From: a virus
Length of the DNA: 64,000 nucleotides
Direction: 5' to 3' (one strand)
Virus record (IMG/VR): IMGVR_UViG_3300036770_002122
Location: 1-64,000 of that record
The position numbers and the translations under genes are program-made. The notes beneath the pieces were generated by a model. That model searched no databases and had not been told where the DNA came from. It saw only the letters and a program-made list of their open reading frames with translations. Shown here piece after piece: positions 38,355 through 46,673 of this stretch (the stretch's first letter is position 1; the number at the start of each line of letters is the position of its first letter).

Positions 38355-38672
38355 ATGGCTGCTACTGCAAAAAGAATTAAATTTGAACAAACCATTACTG
38401 ATGTGGCAATTCTTCAAACTGAAGTAGAAAACCTACATGAAAAAGTTGATGAATTAAAACTAGATGTAAAAGACCTTCATGAATGTTTAGATAGAAATAT
38501 GGCTGAAACTAAATCACTCCTTAAAGAGTATAGCGATATGTCAACTGAACAACATAAGGAACTTTCAGATAAAGTATCCAGTTTTGAAAAAATTAAATGG
38601 ATGCTAATGGGAGCGGCAGCACTATTGGGTGCTACCGGAATCGAGGCAATTCAAATGTTCTTGTCGCAGTAA
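38355..38672 (+). CDS. Coiled-coil protein with C-terminal TM helix
   Basis: Heptad pattern followed by WMLMGAAALLGATG. Confidence 0.65.
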   Translation: MAATAKRIKFEQTITDVAILQTEVENLHEKVDELKLDVKDLHECLDRNMAETKSLLKEYSDMSTEQHKELSDKVSSFEKIKWMLMGAAALLGATGIEAIQMFLSQ

Positions 38673-38691
38673 AAATAGTCACATGACTAGT

Positions 38692-38717
38692 AAAAACGGG
38701 GCTTAGGCCCCGTTTTT
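38692..38717. terminator. Bidirectional terminator between convergent genes
   Basis: AAAAACGGGGC-ttag-GCCCCGTTTTT. Confidence 0.85.
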
Positions 38718-39117
38718 ATTTTGTAAGTATTTCTAATTTTTCCTTAACTATATCTATGTTAACAGTACTGAACAAGCCTGGGTGCATTGGTTTAGGGTGT
38801 TGGCTGTCTCCAATCCATGCATACCCTACATGCTCGTAATTCAATTTTGGCACAAATTCTTCATTAACCGCGCAGAAAAAGGTGTGGTATGTAAAAGTAT
38901 TATTAACAAATTTTTGAATTGGAACTAATTTTGCGTTCTCAGGAAAATAGCCAATTTCTTCTAAACACTCTCTTTCTAAGCCCTCTAACAGAGTTTCATC
39001 ATTTTCTATTTTACCGCCCGGCACACCCCACGCATAATTGGCATCGCTACGTAACAGATATAAAAATCTTTTGGTAACGGTACTATAAAAAAATATTCCT
39101 GCCGAGGTATTTTTCAT
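38716..39117 (-). CDS. NUDIX hydrolase
   Basis: Nudix box GGKIENDETLLEGLERECLEEIG. Confidence 0.9.
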   Translation of the reverse strand: MKNTSAGIFFYSTVTKRFLYLLRSDANYAWGVPGGKIENDETLLEGLERECLEEIGYFPENAKLVPIQKFVNNTFTYHTFFCAVNEEFVPKLNYEHVGYAWIGDSQHPKPMHPGLFSTVNIDIVKEKLEILTK

Positions 39118-39144
39118 GATAATGTCAGTATAGCAAATACAGCA

Positions 39145-40521
39145 TCAAATTACAATACTATAATCACCCTGATCGTACCAACCTTCATATGACTTCATCC
39201 ATTGACCTTCTTGATCAACATAACGATATTGGATATTAGTAGTTAGATTGGTTACATATTCTACATTAGTGCTTTCGCTAGCATCAAAACTTACAACCCA
39301 TTCTCCTGCGCTAGCATCATATTGTATAATATCATTTGCTTCAGCAACTAAATTACCCCAGGCTAATGTGGTATTACCTTCAGTTCCTATATTTTCGACA
39401 ATTAAATATCTACGACCATTAACTGGGCCCGGTAAACCTGCATTAGGACCACTTAGTTGTGGGTTGATAACACTATCTACTGGTTGAAGTGTATTTTGTG
39501 GTAATGTGTCTGGATCAATATTATAAATTAAAAGTCTATCGTCTACCGGATCAGGTACTATTGTACCAACTATGTCAGTTTCCATATATGGATTTTGTAA
39601 CCATATTTGACTGATGCCGGGTTTCCACGCGCCGTATGCGTTTAATAAACTACTCCAATACAAATCAGTATTAGGAGGAGACGGATCATTAAGATCAGTA
39701 TTGGGTGGGTAAAATGCTTCATTAGCAGGTAGTAACTGTAATTTATTACCTATCAATAATAACTTGTAACCAAAAGGACTAATTTTCTGTCTAGTACCTA
39801 ACAATAAATCTTCATCTTGTATATCTTGTAGTGCTGTGCCCTTATAAATGCTAGCAATAACTTTGTGAATAACACCCATCTTTTTAAGTTTAGCACTTGT
39901 ACTAATCCATATAGGCATATAGAATTTCCAACTCAACACATCAATAGGATTACCTGTTCCAATTGGAATAGTTCTTGAACTAAATGTTAACCCATCTTGA
40001 TATACAACTGTTAATGATGTCCAGTCAACAAAATTATCAGTACTTTGAATTTCTAAACTAGGGTTAAACAATGTACCCAATTGTTCAATTAATTCTAATT
40101 TTTGATTATAATTTGTAGTCCAAAAATCTACTTGAAGTCTTAGTGTATAGGGTACCGGCATTAAACGTTCAATAGTAAATGCTTGCCCTTGTGTATTTTC
40201 ATATGCTTCTGTTTCGTTATTATAAGAACGCTGTCTTACTTGTAACTTCTCAACGAAAAAAGGTTCCTGTGTTCGTTTTTGATCATACTCTAAACCTGTA
40301 ATAAAGTACGTAATCATAGGCGCGCTGGGCAATGAACTTGGACTATTATTTTGAATAATAGTTTGTACTTGACGACTTTGATCACCGTACATGACAGGTA
40401 CACGCACTAATATATCATTACCATTAGGATCCTTGCCTTTGGTTACATACCAATTACTAAAAATTTTCGCAAACTGCAATAAGAATCTGCGTATCTGGTT
40501 GTCATAAAAAAATTGTGCCAT
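39145..40521 (-). CDS. Tail terminator/sheath stabiliser (T4 gp15-like) with C-terminal extension
   Basis: FFYDNQIRRF, VPVMYG, PVPYTL, ELIEQL..LFNP. Confidence 0.8.
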   Translation of the reverse strand: MAQFFYDNQIRRFLLQFAKIFSNWYVTKGKDPNGNDILVRVPVMYGDQSRQVQTIIQNNSPSSLPSAPMITYFITGLEYDQKRTQEPFFVEKLQVRQRSYNNETEAYENTQGQAFTIERLMPVPYTLRLQVDFWTTNYNQKLELIEQLGTLFNPSLEIQSTDNFVDWTSLTVVYQDGLTFSSRTIPIGTGNPIDVLSWKFYMPIWISTSAKLKKMGVIHKVIASIYKGTALQDIQDEDLLLGTRQKISPFGYKLLLIGNKLQLLPANEAFYPPNTDLNDPSPPNTDLYWSSLLNAYGAWKPGISQIWLQNPYMETDIVGTIVPDPVDDRLLIYNIDPDTLPQNTLQPVDSVINPQLSGPNAGLPGPVNGRRYLIVENIGTEGNTTLAWGNLVAEANDIIQYDASAGEWVVSFDASESTNVEYVTNLTTNIQYRYVDQEGQWMKSYEGWYDQGDYSIVI

Positions 40522-40524
40522 GTG

Positions 40525-42249
40525 TTACTCTATTGGTGGTAAATTATCCGGCGCTATATCTAAAATACTTGATAGTGGCTGTGCAGAAGGTATTACTTTA
40601 TTACTATTGTTAAAGTATATATCAGACTCATTGTTAATGAATCCCGAAAGTTGTGACTGATCTGTTGCCGTCATGCCTGTTTCTGTTCTTACATTTGTTG
40701 AAATGCGTACCCAAATTTGTCCGTCCCAGCGATATAATATTTGCGGCATATAATCTATGCGCAAGAAATAATCACCGACTTGAGGATTTTGTGGGAATGC
40801 AATACCAGCACCGCTTGATAAACCATTTGGTGGAATAGCGTCACCTGTCAAATATCCTGCACTGTATCCAAAACTTCTAGGACTTGCGCGAGTGATATAT
40901 TGGAATGCAGGATCACAATCAGCGCGATAGTCCATTTGTGTGCTTACAGTTCCTGTAAATCCTGACTGTGTTGGATCTTGATCTGCTGTAGCATAGGTGT
41001 TATCTGCTGTACCATATGGTCCGGTAACAGGACCCATTGATTTCACAGTAAGATATTTGTCACCTTGTAATGCTCTAGTACCAGATCCTCCCTTAAGAAC
41101 TTCTGGTTTGGTTTCTGCTACTTCTAAACTTGCCTGTATAAATTTATCAAACTTATCTGAAATATCACTATCAGCCGTCATATCCCAAATACTTTTAATT
41201 GTTTCTTTACTAATTCGTAAACCTACGCTTGGATTTTTATATTTAGGATTGCGCATGTATACAACAGTGGCGTAACTTCCTGTTTGCGGTGCGCCACCAC
41301 TATATGTGACAACATTGATAGGTGGAGCAGGTTGGTCTAATTTGTCTGATAATACTCCATTGCTTTGATAGATGCCGTATGTAGGTACAACGTACAAGTC
41401 ATTGTTGTTATAACCTGCTTTAGGTAATATACGTTTTGCTTCTTGTAATTGAGCATCGTTAATTTGTAAATTTTTATTATATGTTGAAAGAATATCTTTA
41501 AGATTTTGTTCGTCACTTAACTTCCAATATTCCTCATTAGGTGGATTGATACCTGCAGGTACTTCCTTGATACTTTCATAATTCTTATCACCGTAACTAA
41601 TAATATAGCCAGGTGGATAAACTTTATCTTTATCCCAATCTCCGAGATAATTGTCTTGGTTGATAGGTTCTTTAAGTATGTTACTAAACTCTTGACTATC
41701 AACTAATGGTTCACACTTGATACGCCATAGATGTGGATACCAAGTTTGACTGAATCCTTCACTTGCAAAGTTTGCGTCTGTAATTTGATAGAATCTTTTT
41801 AATGCAACTGGTATAGTTTCATTTAATGGATTATAATCAAGCAAGTGCGGTAGTTCAAGAACGTCGCCCACCATCAATTTTCTACCAATAATATCGATCA
41901 TATCATTGTAGTGAACGGTTATGAATATAATGTCATTATTCAAGAATAAGCCAAACTGACTTAGATCGAAATCTAGGTTCTGCACGTTATAATGACCACG
42001 CAAACGATAAATGTTCGGATCGTACTTGCGATCACGATTTTCTAAAAACAACAAATCTTGTATCTGTAGTGGATCTGGACTAATATATTGTGGCTGTGTA
42101 TAATCCGGACTAGGTGTTTGTGCCACCGGACCTATATATTTGTGTATGTATAGATCCGTCCCGCCCACAGTAAATTGCTCTGATATTACTTTATCAAAGT
42201 ACTTGTAATCATTTGATTTTGTAGGGTGATATAACGAAAGTTTGGGCAT
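40525..42249 (-). CDS. Neck protein (T4 gp14-like) with insertions
   Basis: QDLLFLENRDRKY, DLSQFGLF, GDVLELPH; ATG 5 nt after TAAATA (start trimmed from 42273). Confidence 0.75.
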   Translation of the reverse strand: MPKLSLYHPTKSNDYKYFDKVISEQFTVGGTDLYIHKYIGPVAQTPSPDYTQPQYISPDPLQIQDLLFLENRDRKYDPNIYRLRGHYNVQNLDFDLSQFGLFLNNDIIFITVHYNDMIDIIGRKLMVGDVLELPHLLDYNPLNETIPVALKRFYQITDANFASEGFSQTWYPHLWRIKCEPLVDSQEFSNILKEPINQDNYLGDWDKDKVYPPGYIISYGDKNYESIKEVPAGINPPNEEYWKLSDEQNLKDILSTYNKNLQINDAQLQEAKRILPKAGYNNNDLYVVPTYGIYQSNGVLSDKLDQPAPPINVVTYSGGAPQTGSYATVVYMRNPKYKNPSVGLRISKETIKSIWDMTADSDISDKFDKFIQASLEVAETKPEVLKGGSGTRALQGDKYLTVKSMGPVTGPYGTADNTYATADQDPTQSGFTGTVSTQMDYRADCDPAFQYITRASPRSFGYSAGYLTGDAIPPNGLSSGAGIAFPQNPQVGDYFLRIDYMPQILYRWDGQIWVRISTNVRTETGMTATDQSQLSGFINNESDIYFNNSNKVIPSAQPLSSILDIAPDNLPPIE

Positions 42250-42267
42250 AGTTGTATTTAGTATAAA

Positions 42268-42316
42268 AATCAATGACTTACAAAGGATTGACTTTACCCT
42301 AGTATTTTGCTAGAAT
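42268..42316 (+). promoter_or_regulatory. Early promoter with IHF-like site
   Basis: AATCAATGACTTA (42268-42280); TTGACT-N17-TAGAAT (42288-42316). Confidence 0.7.
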
Positions 42317-42348
42317 ATATAAATCGATGACAATATCGGAGTCATTTT

Positions 42349-43476
42349 ATGAAGCAGAAATCAGAAATTAAAGAGTTGAAGCCCAAAGACTTTGACTTAA
42401 AGCACATTGGTCCTGAACCCAGTTTCAATAGTGAAACGGTTGTTACAGAATGGGAACTTGCTAGGGCGTTCAATTGGTATAATCACTTTTACGATAACAA
42501 GGACGCTAAAGAATTCATTGCCCAATATCTAGATGTTGCGGGCAAGCAACAAACTGCCAAAACTATTCGTCGCGTCAATGATCGTCAGGTCAAAACTACA
42601 TATGGTTGGTTAGCACGTTGTATCGTTCGCGGCGGTGTTGTTAGTAATGACACTCTTGCTAAACTTCAGAACGAGATTGGTCGTCTTGTGTCGTTTGTCA
42701 CAGTTGATACAAGTGATGATGAAGCCCCGGTAAGCAATCGCCCTAACGTGCAGGAGATCATGCGTGAGCGTACTCAGCAAGTTGGTGGTGAACTTGAGGG
42801 TTTGTGGGACGACTATCTAAAGAATGGTGCCGGTAAGGAAGGCATCAAGGCAATGGATGTGTTGTCTCAACGCAACATTTTGTCGCAGCACGTACCTATG
42901 TTGGTCAGTGCTTGGCAATCTAAGTTGGATGAGTACAATGAAGTTGCTAGTGGCAAAGATGAACAGTTAAACGAAGCCTATGAGCGTTTCGGTAAGATTC
43001 AATTGCGTAACATCATTAGTGCTATTGAAACTGTCATTGCCGATTTAAACGCATATATCGGTATGAAGAAATCAGGCAAGAAGCCCCGCGCTAAGAAGCC
43101 TGTACCGGTCGAGAAGGTTGTCAAGCGTCTCAAGTATCTCAAGACATTCAAGTTAGAGAAACTTGAACTTGAAAGTGTCAGCCCCACTAAACTTCACGGT
43201 TGCAGTGAAGCATGGGTCTACGATACTAAGAAGCGCAAACTTCATCACTATGTTGCCGATGAGTACACTAAGAGCATTGGTGTCAAGGGCAATACTATTC
43301 TTGGTTTCTGTACTAAGGAATCGCAGATCAAAACATTGCGTAAGCCTGAAGAACAGATCAAGCAGATTATGGGTAGCAAACCTGCTGCACGTAAATTCTT
43401 TGATGGTATCAAAGCAGTTGGTGCAGCACCTAACGGACGATTCAACGCTAACATGATTATACTGAGGGCTTTCTAA
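42349..43476 (+). CDS. Early hypothetical protein
   Basis: 375-aa Lys-rich ORF, GGAG RBS, sigma70 promoter. Confidence 0.75.
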   Translation: MKQKSEIKELKPKDFDLKHIGPEPSFNSETVVTEWELARAFNWYNHFYDNKDAKEFIAQYLDVAGKQQTAKTIRRVNDRQVKTTYGWLARCIVRGGVVSNDTLAKLQNEIGRLVSFVTVDTSDDEAPVSNRPNVQEIMRERTQQVGGELEGLWDDYLKNGAGKEGIKAMDVLSQRNILSQHVPMLVSAWQSKLDEYNEVASGKDEQLNEAYERFGKIQLRNIISAIETVIADLNAYIGMKKSGKKPRAKKPVPVEKVVKRLKYLKTFKLEKLELESVSPTKLHGCSEAWVYDTKKRKLHHYVADEYTKSIGVKGNTILGFCTKESQIKTLRKPEEQIKQIMGSKPAARKFFDGIKAVGAAPNGRFNANMIILRAF

Positions 43477-43676
43477 TGACTAGTAAATATGAATTCAATC
43501 CCATTGAAGCAAGAATGGAAACTTTGATGACCATTATTGATACTGCTATTCTTTCAGCAAATGATAGTAATGATCAATTGATGTTAGCATGTGCTATGCT
43601 TCAAAGAACGAGAGAAATTTTTGATGCTACATTAGGCGAAAATGGTCGCAAAGAAATGTTTAAGGAGTTAGTATGA
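43476..43676 (+). CDS. Hypothetical protein
   Basis: 66-aa ORF, translationally coupled to the upstream gene. Confidence 0.65.
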   Translation: MTSKYEFNPIEARMETLMTIIDTAILSANDSNDQLMLACAMLQRTREIFDATLGENGRKEMFKELV

Positions 43677-44125
43677 GTAACAATGTTGATTTGAATAAGT
43701 ATAAGGATTTCGTTGAAGCAGTCACTAGTAAGGAGAGTCAGGACCTTACACTGTTCATGAATCGTCTTGATCGCCTAGATGCTAATTATGAATCATATGG
43801 TGCAGATGGTGAGTACATGCATGGTCCAGATATCAATGTACCACTATTGCTTTGTGGTGCTATTGGACTAGGCAGTGAGACAGGTGAGTTTCAAGAAATC
43901 GTAAAGAAGATGGTATTTCAGGGTAAGCCCCTGTCTGAAGAAACACGTTTTCACATGAAGAGGGAACTCGGTGATATCATGTGGTACTGGGTCAACGCCT
44001 GCAGGGCACTTGACCTAGATCCTAATGAAGTCGTTGCTGAGAATGTAAAGAAACTTGAAGCACGATATCCGGGCGGACAGTTTGACGTTTACTATAGCGA
44101 AAATCGTAAAGCAGGTGATTTGTAA
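43673..44125 (+). CDS. mazG: MazG-like NTP pyrophosphohydrolase
   Basis: GLGSETGEFQEIVKK, RELGDIMWY, NVKKLEARYP. Confidence 0.9.
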   Translation: MSNNVDLNKYKDFVEAVTSKESQDLTLFMNRLDRLDANYESYGADGEYMHGPDINVPLLLCGAIGLGSETGEFQEIVKKMVFQGKPLSEETRFHMKRELGDIMWYWVNACRALDLDPNEVVAENVKKLEARYPGGQFDVYYSENRKAGDL

Positions 44126-44751
44126 TGGCTAACAAAAAGTATCCAAAAATTACAAAAGTTAGAGTAGCAGAACGTAGTTTTGATAAACTTGTAGGACATC
44201 AATTTCCTAACCATCTAAATGAAAATGATGACGGTGCATATGGAAAATATATTGATAGTCTTATTAAAGGTGAACTACGAATTATAGATCCAGGTAATGG
44301 TAATCCTGACCTATCTGACTATGATATTGAATTAAAGTCTAAAAAAGATTCATCCAGTAGTAATTGGACTATTGCAAGTATGACTGCTAATGATATTATC
44401 AATACCGATTATATTAATAGCCCAGTTTATCGTAAGTTACAAGCCCTGTTGTCAATTTCGCATGACACCACTAAAATTACTGATATCAATTTAACTTATT
44501 TGGACAATGACGATGCGCAAGAACGTATTGCCGAATACTATGAAAGTGTAAGGGGTCAACTTACGCAATATGTAAATAAGCATGGGTTAAACTTTAGTGA
44601 TTCGCAACAATTTAAAGAATTTTTAGGCGTATTAGAATATTCAAATAACGGTACAAATTTCAAATTTAGAATAAGACCCCCTAGATTACAAAATATGCTA
44701 AACATGTCAGCAAACGTTTCTATTAGAGATCAGTTTTTTGAGTTTACATAA
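44125..44751 (+). CDS. MutH/Sau3AI-like PD-(D/E)XK endonuclease
   Basis: G.YGKYI and PDLSDYDIELKSK pattern. Confidence 0.55.
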   Translation: MANKKYPKITKVRVAERSFDKLVGHQFPNHLNENDDGAYGKYIDSLIKGELRIIDPGNGNPDLSDYDIELKSKKDSSSSNWTIASMTANDIINTDYINSPVYRKLQALLSISHDTTKITDINLTYLDNDDAQERIAEYYESVRGQLTQYVNKHGLNFSDSQQFKEFLGVLEYSNNGTNFKFRIRPPRLQNMLNMSANVSIRDQFFEFT

Positions 44752-44790
44752 ATTTATATCCCGATAAATACATAATAATCGGAAATAGAT

Positions 44791-45576
44791 ATGTCAGCAG
44801 ACCCATTATCAACACCAACTAATGCGAACTTACAGCAACTAAAAGAAACGATGTTCAACAACCTAAGATTACGCTTAGGTGGCGATATTGTTGATTTGGA
44901 ATTAGATCCTCAGCATTATGAGGCTGCATATGATTATGCTATTAAGGTGTATCGTCAAAGGGCACAAAATGCTACTATTGAAAGTTATACTTTGATGACA
45001 ATTATTAAGAATGTTGACACTTATACTCTACCGGCAGAGTATATCAATGTTCGTGCCATTTTTCGCAGAACAGTTGGTCTTGAGACTGGTCCAAGTAGTA
45101 CTAGTTTTGATCCATTTAGCAGTGCTATTCTCAATACATATCTATTGAACTATAACTACACAGGTGGCATGGCAACATATGATTTCTATGCCGGCTATGT
45201 AGAATTGGCTGCTCGTATGTTCGGTGGCTATGTCACATATACATTTAATCCTGTTACTAAGGTATTGCGTGTTGTACGTGACTTCAAGGGCACAGGTGAG
45301 CGTGTACTAATTTGGGCAGATATGACTAGACCTGAAACTGAATTATTACAAGATCCGGGTGCTGGTGTTTGGATTGCTGACTTTATACTAGCACAATTAA
45401 AAATTATTATCGGTGAAGCCCGTGAAAAATTTGGAACTATTGTGGGTCCAGGCGGCGGCACCACTCTGAATGGTGCTAATATGAAGGCAGAAGGTAAAGC
45501 AGATCAAGAAAGATTGCTAGAAGATTTGCGCCGTTATCAAGATTATAGTCAGCCATTAACTTGGATTCAGGGTTGA
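44791..45576 (+). CDS. Neck protein (T4 gp13-like)
   Basis: LRLGGDIVDLELD, IGEAREKF, GPGGGTTLNG. Confidence 0.85.
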   Translation: MSADPLSTPTNANLQQLKETMFNNLRLRLGGDIVDLELDPQHYEAAYDYAIKVYRQRAQNATIESYTLMTIIKNVDTYTLPAEYINVRAIFRRTVGLETGPSSTSFDPFSSAILNTYLLNYNYTGGMATYDFYAGYVELAARMFGGYVTYTFNPVTKVLRVVRDFKGTGERVLIWADMTRPETELLQDPGAGVWIADFILAQLKIIIGEAREKFGTIVGPGGGTTLNGANMKAEGKADQERLLEDLRRYQDYSQPLTWIQG

Positions 45577-45607
45577 TTTTAGTTTAAACATCTATTATAA
45601 TTACACA

Positions 45608-46225
45608 ATGATCGTAGGAATTGCAGGCTTTATAGGTAGCGGCAAAGATACTATTGCCGATTATCTTATTACATTCAAAGGATTCAAGCGTATGAGTTAC
45701 GCCGGTCCATTAAAAGATGCTGTAGCAAGTATCTTTGGTTGGGATCGTGAACTGCTTGAGGGTACAACAAAGTACAGCCGTGAATGGCGTGACATAGTTG
45801 ATCCATGGTGGGCAGAACGTCTAGGTATCCCTAATCTCACCCCACGCTGGGTATTACAACAATGGGGTACAGAAGTAGGTCGTCGAGCATTCCATGATGA
45901 TATTTGGATCGCCAGTGTAGAAAATACCTTGCTCACAGCAAAAGACAACATCGTTATTAGCGACTGTCGTTTTCCTAACGAACTAAAGTCTATTAAAAGA
46001 ATGGGCGGGCTAACAATCAGAGTAACCAGGGGTGCAAATCCACCCTGGTACGATGCAGCACTTGCCTATAATTTTGGCAATAAAAATAGTTTATCAGTAC
46101 TACAGGAGCATAAAGTACATGCTAGTGAATACAGCAGTGTTGGTCTTGATTATGATTACTATGTTGATAACGGCGGCACAGTAGACGAATTACATCGTAA
46201 GATTGACTCAATAATCAACTTGTAA
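45608..46225 (+). CDS. Deoxynucleoside monophosphate kinase (T4 gp1-like)
   Basis: GFIGSGKDT, PRWVLQQWGTEVGR, ISDCRFPNE, HASE. Confidence 0.9.
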   Translation: MIVGIAGFIGSGKDTIADYLITFKGFKRMSYAGPLKDAVASIFGWDRELLEGTTKYSREWRDIVDPWWAERLGIPNLTPRWVLQQWGTEVGRRAFHDDIWIASVENTLLTAKDNIVISDCRFPNELKSIKRMGGLTIRVTRGANPPWYDAALAYNFGNKNSLSVLQEHKVHASEYSSVGLDYDYYVDNGGTVDELHRKIDSIINL

Positions 46226-46555
46226 GTCCCCTCGTTTCCAAGTCACTTCTTTACGTTTTACAACCTCTACACAGTTTAAACAGATTGTTCTGAGGTTACT
46301 AAAGTTTGTATTTTTAAGGTTTCCATCAATGTGGAATACCGTCATTTGTGTAGGATACAAACTTTTGAATCCACATATATCACATGTAGGTTTCTTTTTA
46401 TAACCTGCTTTTTCCCAATTTGGTTTTGATGGGCGTTTTTTTACTTTTTTACCACCACACTCATTGCATATACTTCTATAATGGGTAACATCGTTTTTTA
46501 CATAGTTTATAGCACAAAAATTCTTATTACACTCTTTACATATAGGCCTTATCAT
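46208..46555 (-). CDS. Zn-finger/HNH-like protein
   Basis: Multiple CxxC; FHIDGNLKNTNFSNLRTICLNC (degenerate HNH). Confidence 0.7.
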   Translation of the reverse strand: MIRPICKECNKNFCAINYVKNDVTHYRSICNECGGKKVKKRPSKPNWEKAGYKKKPTCDICGFKSLYPTQMTVFHIDGNLKNTNFSNLRTICLNCVEVVKRKEVTWKRGDLQVDY

Positions 46556-46561
46556 AAAAAC

Positions 46562-46618
46562 TATTTACTGCCTTCGAAGGTATGTTAATCCAATGTTTTT
46601 TATAATTTGCTATAAATA
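46562..46618. promoter_or_regulatory. Divergent late promoters
   Basis: TAAATA on minus (46562-46567), TATAAATA on plus (46611-46618), palindrome CCTTCGAAGG between them. Confidence 0.65.
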
Positions 46619-46673
46619 ATATTAAGCATTTAGGGTTGTTACCCTCAAAATATAACATATAGGAAAAACGAAC

